A stretch of DNA of 63,473 nt, filler included, from Choristocarpus tenellus KU-1152 (Eukaryota > Protista > Phaeophyceae): NCBI GenBank assembly GCA_964200185.2. It is 12 parts of 12 records of this genome, joined end to end, with 100 filler letters (N's around TTAATTAATTAA, not from the genome) between each part and the next. Parts side by side here need not be neighbours in the genome. Positions count along the whole stretch, not along the records: positions 1 to 2,840 come from CAXNAD020024288.1; positions 2,941 to 11,752 come from CAXNAD020004304.1; positions 11,853 to 14,990 come from CAXNAD020022048.1; 9 more parts are not named here. One strand, written 5' to 3'. The translations under genes and the position numbers were made by a program. The notes under the pieces are model-generated. The model had not been told where the DNA came from. It was given only the letters and a program-made list of their open reading frames with translations, and searched no databases. Numbering within the stretch: the first letter of the stretch is position 1; every line of letters starts with the position of its first letter. Shown here piece after piece: positions 1-12,431 of this stretch.

Positions 1-49
1 CCCCCTCAGATACTTTGACCCTGGACCATAAGTAAATATCTCGTAAAAC

Positions 50-2812
50 GTTCTTGGCCAATGCCCTTAGCTGAAGAACATCTTGATTCAATTGGTGCAG
101 CAAATTTCATTCTGTTGCAGATGTTCAATCAGCATACCACCACGTTCCTGTGGCAGAAGCAGACATTGACAAGACTGCTTTTGTCACCCATAAAGGCAAG
201 TGTGTATGAAAACGGCTTCCTTTTGGTCTGAGCAATGCCCCCTTTATTTTTCAACTCATGATGGCTCGAGCTCTATCTGATGTTTGCATGGGGTCAGGTC
301 TGCTTTGTTACTTGGATGATCCCATTCTTTGTTCTGTCACTTGGGACCATCATATAGCTTTGCTAGGAAAGCTTTTTATGGCCTTTCAAAATACCAGCCT
401 TACTCTAAAACCTTCTAATGTGAAGACTGGCCCAGCAGATGTTGAATACCTTGGTCGTAATGTTTCTAGTGCAGGGGTACGTCTTGGAAAGGCCCGAATT
501 TGAGCCATTGTTGACCTACCCACACCTCGAACAATCAAAAATATTCGTTCTATCCTTGGTAAGTGCATTTTTTGTCCAAAGTTCATCCCACGTTATACCG
601 ACTTGACAGAACCCCTTCAAAAATCACAAGTAAAGACCCCTAAGCGCATCCCTCGAGTGAAATAGGAAAAGTGTGGACATCAGTTCAAGATATCGCATTT
701 GGAAAAAGTTTCAACGGCATTAACCTCGGCTCCTCTCTTACACTATCCCATTTTTTCTAATCTTTTGTGGTATATGTGGATGCTTCCAATTTGGGCAGTG
801 TGGTTTTCTTGCTCAAAAAACATCAGATGATCCAACGAACACTTCACTTCATATTGTGGCTTACTTTAGCAAGAAATTTGATGGAGCACAATGAAATTAT
901 TCAGCCACATATAAAGCATGTTTAGCAGTAGTCCATGCTATTAACCACTGCCGTTCATATCATGGGGTCGACATTTTGATTTAATTACTTAAAATGCGGC
1001 ACTCTGATATCTGTACTATGTGCAAGATACAGATATTATATTGACACGTTGGGCTGTTGATCTCCAATGTTTCGACTTTACAGTTCATCGTAAACCAGGC
1101 CGAGACAATGTTATACCTAATGTCCTTTCTCGCCTCTTTGATAATGAGATCAATCGTACTTGCTCCTATTTGCAGGAATATTCCGAAAAACATTGTCAAG
1201 TACAGTAACCCACATCAAGCACACGAAGTAAATCCGGATCGCCTTCATGAATTAGATATAAATCAAAGTGACCGTGAACTTTTCAGTAGTTCAGTGAACA
1301 TCTTTCCAATTTTGGACCACACCAAAATTCGTACACAGCACAAATGAATCAATTTTCTCTTTATTTTGTGCAATTAGAAGCCCCCAACTCAGTGTCTTTA
1401 CCTCCCCGTGAATTGCGGTATAGCATGTCATATTTTTATGTTGATGCTGAAACTAACTTGCTTTGCCGATCATATTTCCCAGGGCACATACACGTAAACA
1501 CCGTGCTTTTCGTGGTTAATTAGTGGTTCGAAAATAATTGCAATCTCTTGTTTTACGTGCTTGCCACGATCAAACCGCTTCGGGACGTCACTTTGGTCTT
1601 TCTCATCATACTCTTGACAAGGTACGAGACCGATATTGGTGGTCCATGTTTCAAAAAAGATGTTAGAGAATGGTGTGAGATATGTCAACTTTGCCAAAGA
1701 CGAAAATCCCCTCACAGACGTCCTACATTTGCCTCAAGGACAAATTCCTGCCACACGACCATTTGAACGGATTGCTGTTGATCTTGTGCAGTGTAACCCC
1801 ATTTCCCGTGGATGCCAGTATGTTCTTTCGACTATCTGTCGATTAACACGCTTTGCTTTTCTCATTCCCATTCCAGACAAACAAGAAGTGACCATTGCCA
1901 AAGCTTTGTTTTAAAAAATATTTTCAATATTTTGGGACATCTGAGATCCTTCACTCTGACCAGGGTTCAGAATTTGAAAATAGACTTGTTCTGGAATTGC
2001 AAACAGTATTTGGGTACCATAAAACCCGTACCACACCCTACAGAAACAGGATAACTATGCTTTAGAGCGTGTCCATTCTACTCTGCATCAGGCGCTATCC
2101 ATGTACAGTAACATACCAGAGAATATTTGGGCGACTATTGTTCCATTCTTTCAATTGGCTCACAATATGGAATACAATACCACATTACAAGAAGCACTTT
2201 TTTTCCTGCTTTTTGGACACCGCCCAATTTTACCGATAGATGTCATTTTTGGTCTTTCCAAAACAAACAGTTGCCCAATCCAGCCAAGAGTTTACTCAAT
2301 CAACAGCTAAGAATTTACAGTTAGCTTTTCAATTAGCCCGTCTCAATCTGGGAGAACGGAATGAAAAAAAAAGCTTGGAAAGAAACTCTTGTTTTCCCCA
2401 TGTTTCAAGTCGGAGGTCAAGTTTTGGTGCATCGTCCACATACTAATCGTGACGGACCTAGCCCAAAATTGATTCACCCCTGGCGTGGACCTTTCACAGT
2501 GACTGCCAAGATTTCTACTGTAGTTTACTGTGTCTGCAAACAAGGTGACATCAAAGATATTTCTGTTCACTTAGCCCACTTGGAACCTCACATTCCGAAC
2601 ACACAACCAACTGAACCTGATTTTATGAAATTCGATCAATTTTTTCTTGGCCGTACTTTGCCCTTACCGCATCTCAATGCTTTAGAACCCCTGGTAACGA
2701 GTGATCCTTTTGATATTTAAGCCATTGTGGGACCCAAGTTTGGCTGAGGGTCTCATTCACCTATGACCATAGAATATAGACTACGCCATAATGGTTATGA
2801 TCGTGCTTTTAA
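50..2812 (+). mobile_element. Degenerate Ty3/Gypsy (chromovirus-like) pol: RT-RNaseH-integrase-chromodomain, pseudogenised
   Basis: Stitched frames give RT (DKTAFVTHKG..RLPFGLSNAP, LCYLDD), RNase H end (RWAVDLQCFDFTVHRKPGRDN), integrase Zn finger (CEICQLCQRRK) and core (PFERIAVDLV), GPY/F motif (WRGPFTV) and a chromodomain-like tail near 2710-2810. Order RT-RH-IN is Gypsy. Many stops and frameshifts. Confidence 0.93.
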
Positions 2813-2840
2813 CAGCAGATTCTCAAAATTGAGGATGGAG

Positions 2841-2940
2841 NNNNNNNNNNNNNNNNNNNNNNNNNNNNNNNNNNNNNNNNNNNNTTAATTAATTAANNNN
2901 NNNNNNNNNNNNNNNNNNNNNNNNNNNNNNNNNNNNNNNN
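2841..2940. other. Artificial contig linker N44-TTAATTAATTAA-N44 (first of 11)
   Basis: Identical 100-nt spacers with stops in all six frames at 2841-2940, 11753-11852, 14991-15090, 17999-18098, 26107-26206, 31299-31398, 38281-38380, 47469-47568, 50571-50670, 54938-55037 and 60443-60542. There is also a 10-N gap at 61236-61245. Confidence 0.99.
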
Positions 2941-3025
2941 GGGGGGTTGCCCTTTTTAGGTTTTCTGTGTGAATACAGTTACCTCAAATGTATACGACTA
3001 TGAAAGGCGTGCCCAAGCAAGGATA

Positions 3026-3290
3026 GAGTCAAATATCTTGAAGGGTAGAGCCCCGTCCGTTTCGGGGCCAAAATCCAATGATGCGATTTTGATGTAATTG
3101 TTGTAATTTTGGCTATCATGTTTGTTAGGAAGCGTCAGTATCCTTGTTCTGGACACACTTTTTCATAACGTACACATTTCACCTCTCCAAAACATTTCGG
3201 AGTAGGAAAATGTCATAAAGAGCCCATGGGAAGCCAAGTCCCAAATGGACAAACAGGGCAAAACTCCTACCCTCTAAGATACTTTCATAT
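3026..3290 (+). mobile_element. MITE family A (~250 bp), full copy, followed by a partial inverted copy at ~3295-3392
   Basis: TIRs of type GAGnnAAAGTATCTTAGAGGGTA...TACCCTCTAAGATACTTTnnCTC (diverged here). Body aligns by eye with the other family A copies. Confidence 0.88.
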
Positions 3291-4170
3291 TTACACTTGC
3301 CAACAAACAAGATAACAAAAATTCATCAAAATCGCAATATTGGATTATGGCCCCAAACGGATGCGGCCCTACCCTCTTAAATAATTTGGGTCTGAAGGAA
3401 GGGATTATCAAAATGCCCCGCTCCAACATCAAGGCAGTTACCAATGCCTGTGAATAAAAAAATATTTACGTACACTACTTCTGGAACTCTGAAGTGTACA
3501 GTGGGAAAATAACAACCGCAGCCACATCCACTAGACCCCTACTGGTTCTACTGAAGCATGTTCAACACATTATGTACACGACACATTTTGTAGGAAGAAA
3601 TGAATGAAGTGCCTTGAGGGTGTTCAAGCAAACACAACTTGGCTGCGGTCTTGCAACATCAACAAGGGGGATGGGGAGGACAGATGGGAGCATCGATCTT
3701 CTCATGCACTGGACATGGAGGATCACATTCAGTATCATGTGTAGAGACAGGGGAGCAAGAGAGAGACCATACGACATTCAACAAACTAGTGAATTCCCAA
3801 GTAACAAAAATACACAAGATGAGATGCTAATTAATGCTTCTCTCTCTGCTCTCGCTTCTTCCACAAAGAAGTGACATATATACAACGCTTCCAAGTATAA
3901 TAATTGTTCTTCCCATCTGAATGAACAACAGGACCATAGAGGGAGCAAGCATGAGATCGTTGAATCTAATCAACAAAGGGGGTTGGCTCACCATTTTAAA
4001 ACCTGTAATTTTATTTAGCAATTGTATCCTCAGTACTGTACAAGGGGCCTTCCATTATCATACAAAAAGTTGCTCGAACCCTAAAGCTTACCCTGCCCCT
4101 AGTGGAACTGTAAAGGGCCCTCCTCGGCATCCTTTACGTAGAACATGCTAGCACCTCACCTAGCCACCAT

Positions 4171-4192
4171 GCACACACACACACACGCACAC

Positions 4193-4234
<42 letters not shown>

Positions 4235-4236
4235 AC
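4171..4236. repeat. (CA)n microsatellite just downstream of the NCAPH2 stop
   Basis: Direct inspection. Confidence 0.95.
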
Positions 4237-4276
4237 CACCCAGCTGTAAATAATACACTATGCTCACAACCTGCAA

Positions 4277-7200
4277 CTACACTGCTGGTTGGGAGGCAAG
4301 CATTGGAGCAAAGCTCCCATCCATATTGTGCGCTGCCTTGAGAGACATCAGTTCCAACTCAAACGCTGTGGACTCCTGCTCAAGAGCATTGTCCCCATGG
4401 CGTAACCGAACGTTGCCATTGTTGGCCAACTGAAGAGACGCCAGAAAGAGTCGACAAACATCAAACTGTTCCCGCCCAGCCACCACCTCTGCAAAAGGCA
4501 CAATAGCATCCTTGGGGATGGTCTTCATACTTGATTTGTCAAGACCAGGCTCCTCCTGGAACAGTCACAGGTTGAGAGGCAATAGGGTTAACAGGGTTGG
4601 CACAAGAATTGGGCTTTTCTGCTCACTTCAAACGGGCACAGAACTGGAAACACAGTATGAGCAAAGGAAACATATCAATATATCCATTGTACACAAATAT
4701 ATCAATATATCCATTGTTCACTAATGTATCAATATGTCCATTGCACACTCACAAATTGACTGGGTTTGCACCTTGGGGGTATTAGTTGGTTCGTCGAGAA
4801 TGAGGATTAGCTCTAGGTTGTTAGGTTATGCTACTGCAGTACTTAATCAAACCACAAGGCGAGAAAGTCCCCCAGGGAGTGGACGGACGGACTTGCTAGA
4901 GGAAAATTCCTTACAACAAGCTCCCATTCTGCATCCTTTTCCAGAAAAAAATAGACCATGGTGGTGAGCAGAAGGGTGGCAGCATTCATCCAGCACATCA
5001 CATTGTAATAGAGTGCTCACTGCAAAAGTGTGGACAGGTTTGTACACACCTTTGCATTAATGTAAAGAAAAAAAAAGGGAAAATGGTGCCCCAACATCCC
5101 ACCGGCCTCAATGATCACAATTTCTTCGAAGAAACTGAACACAATGAATCATGCATACGTCTGTAACCTGCGCTATTTCACATCTCTAAAAACATACTGG
5201 CGAACTAGTATACCATGAATCACTGCAGTGTGTGTGTCATCTGTCCACAGAGCTGGTTCTACACGCATCTCCTTGAACTAATAGGAGGAGAAACAAAAGA
5301 CGGAGGAAACAGGCAGGGAATGAATATCCGCATTATGTGTGTGTAGCAACAAAACACACAGTAAAAGCTCCGTCAGCCTATGGGTTCATCCAACCCGAAA
5401 ATAAGACACTACGGCAGAATTGGTTCCCAGTTGCAAAAGACTGTTCAAGGTGACCTTCCACTGCATATACATGCAGCAACTTCAAAAAAGCGTCATGGAT
5501 TCCCCTTGCACCGCTCTACCCTCCCATCAAGCGCCATTTTTTCACAGTCATGATGACTAATTTTCCCCAATTCTAAAACAACTACAGTAAAAAGCCTAAC
5601 GTTTCCTACGCTGGGTAAGTAAGTATGTCTCTGCCAAGGTACAGTCTCCCAGGATGTACGTAAAAATAAAGCTTGTCGGCGATCACTAAACCAACCTGAT
5701 GGCAGGCATGTCACGGCACATCATATCACCGAGCAAGCCCTGGCCTCTTAGCAGAAGAGGTCAAAACAGTAGTCATTGGATCACAATGCCCAACTAATCA
5801 CTGAAACCAGTCTGACGAATATTGGCAGGGCATACAATGAAAAAGTAACAACCCGAAGAGAGAGAGTTTTCAACCTAGGACAAATTGGAACTCAAACATC
5901 GTACACCTCAAGACGGAGCAAATGGGAGCATGGCATCAACATCCGAACCCACCCACCGACCCATGCCTGGTTGCCAAACAAAGGGAAGGAGCAAGTGAGA
6001 GAAAAAATATGTCTCTCTAACTTGATGCCCACTAGAGCAAAAAAATGGAAAGCTGAGTACTTCCAATTATCACAAGAACGGTAGACAGCATGAGAAGTTG
6101 AGTAGGCCACCGACAACTAGACAAACTATTCATTAGAATTTGAGCATGACTAAGATTTGATGGATGTACCAGTGGGACTTCTTTTTGTGTTAAGTGTATG
6201 ATACAAACAAGAACTTAATTCTTGAGGACAAACCCCTCGTAGACCTGCAGGTTATAGACCCATTAAAAAAATATAGCAGTCGCTGGATATTCGATTGACA
6301 AGTTTCCAACAAAGAACACTGGAATACCTCTATGTGATCAACTGAGGGGATGGAATCCGCCGGCCCTCGGAAAAGTGGCAAGACACCCTCTGCAAATGTC
6401 ACCCAATTTTACCTCAGTCTTCTTTCCCCCAGTTATCTTGGGTGCACTGGGGTTGAGCACTGTTGTCACCCTTCCCAAAATGGCTTGGCTGTACCGGTGG
6501 ATATCAAATGCCTCCCTTTTCTCCTGCCTGCAAGTAGAATTAGGGTTAGGGTTTGGGAAATCAGTGTAATGGGGGGGTAGTAGATGCAACAATCTCAAGG
6601 TCTACAAAAAAATTGCAATCTGGAGCTTGATGCGAGAGGTGCAGCTCACTTCATATGAGTGCAAGAGGTCGTGGAACCCAAATCAACTCAAAAGGGAAAA
6701 AACCACATGCATACAACACTTCTGATGTGAAGCTTCTTTTCCGGTCAACCTTTTTCACCCCTCTCCTAACAACAATTGGAGCAGCAACTCTACTCTCCCA
6801 TCCATCTCCCACCTTCGCATAAGTGGCTCAAGCTTATTCTGCCATGCCCCCACCCTCCTAGATAGCTGTGTCTCATGCGCATAGTGCTCTGTTCCTCGCA
6901 TGAAAGCTTCAATGTGACTCCGGCACAGGTCTTCATACGTTTGTGGAGCGTCCCGGAAAGCATCCTCCAGCGAAATTGGAGGGACACCTACCCCACCCCC
7001 AGCACCCTCATTCCCCTCTCCTTCCTGTGTGGTACCAAAGTCCACACCATCAAAGTTCCCCTCATAGTGGTCATCATCCCCATCATCACTGAAGCCTCCA
7101 CCAAAACCTCCACCATCATCACTGAATTGATCATATCCATCTTGCGCAGCAGCCAACCTCTCAGTCATACCTCCACCATTCTCAACCACAAGACTGCTGT

Positions 7201-8539
7201 GGGCAGCATCATCACCACCAGAAGATGGTGGCAACCAAAGGCTTGCCCGTAGCAGGGAGTCACGTGCCCTTAGGCCACTCCATAGGTTCATGCGATTTTC
7301 AAGAGCTTTTCGTTGCCGCTCACGCCTCTCAACATATTGGAACTCTGGATATCCCAGACCATGCAAGGGAGCCGGCAGCACGAACTTGTCAACCCCGCTT
7401 TCCTGCTCCTCCCCTACACCCTCAGTGAGTGTGGCTCCTTGGTGAACGCCCCTTGCCTTCTTTAGGCCCTTGGGAAGACGGTAAGGTCTCCCTTTTCGAA
7501 TGGGCTTAGCTGGTGCCTTGCCTGGGTCATGAGGATCTAGTGGGTCCCAGGGGTTCCTTGATTGCGGTATCTCTACCTCCTCATCAAAGGCAGATTGTTT
7601 TTGGATTGCTCCTGTTTCCCTCCTGGTCACCATTCCAGCAGAAGCTTTGGGTGTACTGGGTCCGAGATTTGAAGCGTGGGAAGTCACAAAGTCCTGTCCC
7701 ACTTCATTATCATCAACGCCCAGTTGGTGAGAATCACCAAACCCTCCATCACCACCCTCATCCGAATCATCATCATTATAACCGTCATTTTCCCATCCAC
7801 CTCCCCCCCATCCCGCCACACTCTTGCCCTCGCCAAGCCCACCCCAGAAATCAGGCACGCTCGTCCGACGTCTGGACTGCCCTTTAGCATCGATTACGGA
7901 ATGGAAAGAGAGGAAAGAGGTAGGAACTCGTCCAGATGAACCAATCATCTGCGCGCCCTCAATGAGGAGGGCACCGGAAGCGTCCACCGCGCACGTGCTC
8001 ATCTTAAACGAGTTGCCGTAGTCTTGTTCCATCAGGAACATAGGTGGACGACTGATCGCTTTTCCAGTTGAGGATCGACCCGAATCCATGCTGCGCCGAC
8101 TACCCCTCCCGGCCTGCGCTCTCAGTTCCTTGGTGGGATCCAGATCGATCCCTTCTCCTTCCTCAAGTACATCATCGAGAAGTAGGAACGCTGTCTCCTC
8201 GACGGAGGGGTCATGATCATCCCCTCCCTTGCCAGCTTTACCAGAATTGGAGGTATGACTCTGCTGGGTGAGAAAATCGATGGTCTGGAGGACCAGCTGG
8301 TACACATGCTCGACCTTTCGACTGTACACACTCGTGGAACCCTGTATCAGCAACGCTGCCTCTGCGAAATTGACGTTTGAAGCACCACCGTCAAGGGAGA
8401 TGGTAATCCCCTCGAGGTCTTCGAGATAGTCCTCAAGGCTTGACGCGATGTCAATATCCCAGTTCTGGGCAAGATCCCTTAATGGTTGGAGAAGATGCTT
8501 AAACCGCTCCTCGCGATCTTCTTGGGATATACTTCCCAT
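4277..8539 (-). CDS. NCAPH2: Condensin-2 complex subunit H2 (kleisin-beta), complete, 3 exons, ~706 aa
   Basis: Exons 8539-6813, 6527-6413 and 4555-4277, all GT-AG with compatible phases (2121 nt). N-terminal CNDH2 motifs LLQPLRDLAQNWDIDIA, NFAEAALLIQGSTSVYSRKVE. C-terminal motifs YEDLCRSHI, LSRRVGAWQNKLEP, FDIHRYS, DVCRLFLASLQLANNGNV. Confidence 0.95.
4671..4749. repeat. 27-bp tandem repeat x3 in NCAPH2 intron 2
   Basis: Unit ~ATATCAATATATCCATTGTACACAAAT. Confidence 0.85.
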
Positions 8540-9299
8540 TTCCCCTGTGTATCGATCGCCTACAACTTTGTCCTACCTCGTACCCCTTGTTGCAGCCCTA
8601 CTATCACCTTGCACCCCCTATCCTCAACCACTCTACACCAACGCCGCGTGTGTTCGCCTGCTAAAAAAAAATTCAACCAGCAAAAGGGTCAATCGTTCAT
8701 CCTTACGAGGTATCGCACAACCTGGGCCTAGAGAGGATGGGTAGCAACTACCCTGAAAGCCCAACCAGTTTCAGTGAATAGTTTGCCGTTGGATAAATTC
8801 AAATGAAGTGTACGTATCGTATCATGACGTCAGAGAGCAATAGAGAACAGTTCAATATAGATGGAGCTTGGTTGAGACGATATGTAAAGAGGTGTTACGA
8901 ATGTAGATTTGTAACATTGATTGATTATCGATGATCGATATAATAGTCAACCGATATATTTCGTGCATCGTATCGATTTAATGGATCTAATTCGATTAAT
9001 AGCAGATCCATTTCAAACTGAAAATCCTGGGGGTGGGGGTTTCTTCCCTAGAATGTTTGAAAAGGACACAAACACACAAACCACGTAAGGACAAATATTT
9101 ACAGATTACATAGAGATATTATATATAAAGTACTACATATTATGTCATGAATGTGCCTGGATACTCTGAAGACGGTTAGGGTGGGTATGACGCTGACCAA
9201 TCTGTAGGATATTTTCCTTCCATGTATCAAGGATGATACACAGGAAGGTGGAGGGTTGGAAGAAGGAGCAGAATCTGCCTTGAAGGCAGATAGTGAGTC

Positions 9300-10470
9300 A
9301 TCAATGATTGGTTACGGGAGAAAGCCCACCACCACCACCATATCATGACTCACCACTGCATAGATAGATTGATCTTTGGAGTGTGTGGCTGGTATTGTGT
9401 TGAACATGGAAGGGGTAAAAGATGCCATGAAATTACCCGAGGCAGTTGTTGGCACCTACTCAAAGTCCAGCCAGTACAACGAGGGCTTAGAGTAGATTTG
9501 CGGAATGTCGAGGATTGAGTCGATGAAGGTGATGTGGAATGTAGTGTGTATTTGCCAACACCTTGGTGATCCACTTGTTATTCCATGGTAGATCATTTCC
9601 TGTACCTCAAACCTATCATCATTCTCCACGACAACATTGATGTTCACCCACAACGTATGCCAACAGTTGAGTGGAATAGGAATGATGATGTAAAACAGAA
9701 ATTGGAAGCACTTGCTGGAGGGATGAAATGTAGAAGTCACGTCACTTGTTAAACCTGTAGCCAAAAAATACGACATCCAATTATCAATTTCATGTTGAAT
9801 GTATTGTGGCATCTATCACACACGTGCGCCCTGATCCTCCTTACTTCACATTTATTTCACGTTGTGGCAAAGTCATCAAATATGTTATATTATTCATTAT
9901 TTTTTGTTGCTTCTCTGTTTTATTCCTCTCTAATTCTTAAATTTCTCCCTCATCTCGCATCTTGTTTCCTCCTGCCGTTCTCTTTGCTATACTGAGGTGA
10001 TGGATGGGACTATTTACATAAATAGTTACTTGAGTCCATCATGGAAGCACGGAAAACTCTTGAGGTTGGCACATGCATGACTGTTGTCCTTAGTTGTCGT
10101 CATTATCTATGATGTGCAAGTGGAGCTGGGGAAAGCAGTGCAAGCCTGCGACGACTTCAAAGTCATTGTCCCTGAACAGATGGAAGCGAAAAATATATGC
10201 CAATGCCCAAGCACTATGTTAACTAGTCTCTTAGTGAACCGTTTTTGTACAGGGAAGAATATTGCCGAGCACTCTGAGGGTGAGAACAGGCAGCTCAGAG
10301 GGTTGAAGTGGAAGCAGGTCATGGCTACTTGTCTGAACTCTACAACTAATATACTTCACTGGATTCTGTGCAATTTACCTTGGAAGGTAATGCTATTCAT
10401 CAGTAGTGAAGACAAGAAGGTGTGGAGCCTCACACGATCCCCTTTGCTGAACGTGAATAGAATGGATGGA
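9300..10470 (-). mobile_element. Highly decayed Gypsy integrase plus chromodomain remnant
   Basis: Fragments HFNPLSCLFSPSECSAIFF (integrase-core-like), STFHPS and VVVENDDRFEVQEMIYH (chromodomain start) occur in the expected order. Boundaries approximate. Confidence 0.45.
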
Positions 10471-10690
10471 TGAAATTAGAAGAGTGACCTTTGTTGGGTG
10501 TCTTCCTATTGCTTGTTTTTTTATTATTTTGTGCTTCCTACATAAGTCAAAGTTATGTCAAAGTAGTTGAATGCAGAATAAAAACCCATACATAATCCCA
10601 TTCATAATCGGATGTACTATCTCATTAATTAATCAAAATGACAATCTCTCGTACACAAACAAAGTACACCTTTCTATTGTCCTATTTTGC

Positions 10691-11681
10691 ACACTCCCCC
10701 ATGAGAGTGCAGGCAATGAAGGGTTGCTGGAACTCTCAAACCTATAACATCTTATTCTGCACACTCCCCCATGACAGTGGAAGTAAAAGAAGACGATTGG
10801 TTCAACTCTCACGCACATCACATTTATCCTGTTAGCGCAGTAAAAGAACGCAGATTGCTTCAACTCTAACATACGGCATTCATCTAGTCAACACAGTGTC
10901 TACAAGGTCTTCTACCTGCTTCTTACATAATCTATTGGTGAAGATCTCTGCAAGTTGTATTGCTATGGGTTCCATTCCTTCACGAAAATGCTCTCTGCAT
11001 AGAAACACCTGTCCAATGTGATGCCAGCCTCATCCCGGTTGAACGCCACCCCAACTAACTTCTCTGGGGTCCCGAGGTCCCATCCTTCGTACTTGGTAAG
11101 CAGATTGATCTTCATCCCTCTTTATTTCTTCATCGAAGTCTCCAGTCAACGAGATGTCATCGACGTAGTGAAAGAGGACGACGATCCTACCATCTTTACT
11201 CCTCTTCACATATAGATAGGCGTTGAAGTTGCTAACACTCCACCCCTCAGCTAAGATTGTTCCCTTCAGCTCCTTGTACCACTCCAGTGCCGATTGCTTA
11301 ATGCCATAAATGGCGCTGGCAACTTTTACGATGGATCCATTGGGCAGTTGTAGCCATACATCCTCAGGGAGTGGTGCGTTCAGTTAGACTTGAGTGAAGT
11401 CTAGGGAGTTGATGACCCAGTTATTGTTGACTGCTGTAGCTAGGACTGCCCGAATCACGTCAAATCCCACCACTGGACTGAATGTGCCAAAGCAGTCCAC
11501 CCCTCCTTGCCCGGAAAAACCCTGTGCCACCAGCCTGGCCTTGAACCTTTCAATGTCTCCATTGGCCGTCCTTTTGATTTTGGAAATGAATCTTGTTTTG
11601 ACGGGTCTCCTCCCTAGTGGCAGACTCTCTCCCTCATGGAAGGTTCCTTTGCTTCGTTGGCCCTCCATTTCTTGCTCCATT
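10691..11681 (-). mobile_element. Ty1/Copia remnant (RT, RNase H end, PPT), internally deleted
   Basis: KIKRTANGDIERFKARLVAQGFSGQGGVDCFGTFSPVV, HYVDD near 11160, RNase H tail QLAEIFT near 10950, and PPT-like CATGGGGGAGTGT on the minus strand at 10761-10772 and 10691-10702. Confidence 0.9.
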
Positions 11682-11752
11682 TACCCAAAGTATCTTGGGG
11701 GGGGGGGGCTGAAACCAGAGGGTCCATTTGGACAAAAACCAGGAAAAACGGC
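11682..11752 (+). mobile_element. MITE family B end truncated by contig break
   Basis: ACCCAAAGTATCTT-polyG-...GTCCATTTGGACAAAAACCAGGAAAA matches the copy at 61137-61235. Confidence 0.8.
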
Positions 11753-11907
11753 NNNNNNNNNNNNNNNNNNNNNNNNNNNNNNNNNNNNNNNNNNNNTTAA
11801 TTAATTAANNNNNNNNNNNNNNNNNNNNNNNNNNNNNNNNNNNNNNNNNNNNATGCTATGCAATATTTATTATTATATTTAAAAAAAATTAATAAAGAAA
11901 GAGGAGT

Positions 11908-11939
<32 letters not shown>

Positions 11940-12431
11940 AAGAGGTATACATTGAGTGTCCACCTTTTACAAGGAAAAACAAAGGCATCAATTAAAAAAT
12001 AGGTAGTTGCTTGACTACTCACATAATGATGTAAAAAAGGGATATAGTAAACCTTACGTATTTTCACATTCTACTGACTCAAAAAAAAAAAAATGATGTC
12101 CAAGGAATAGTACAATATTGAGAATAGGGCAAAGCCATGAAGATGCAGGAACCAGTCAAGTGCTGCCAACAATGTCCTCTGTACTCTAAATGCCAGCATT
12201 ACGGCATATGCCTCTATCAGCCAAGTCCATATTGCAACCATCCCAACCCTTTCCACAACAGCTCTTTCCACAACAGCTGTTTCTTCGTTGCATGCGACTT
12301 ATCACAATTTTGTCAGACTCACATAACTTCCTTTCAAACAGAACAGTAACAGTTTAGTGTCAAGTACATTAATTTGCTCCACACATCAAATCACTGCTCA
12401 TCTCTTTGATAACACGTGATCATATCGATAC

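Noticed and set aside
2885-2896. Regularly recurring TTAATTAATTAA palindrome
   Set aside because: It always sits inside N44 blocks. It is a synthetic six-frame-stop linker, not biology.
6755-6812. C-terminus of the 594-aa ORF-track protein
   Set aside because: It is read-through into intron 1. The conserved CNDH2 C-terminus lies in two downstream exons.
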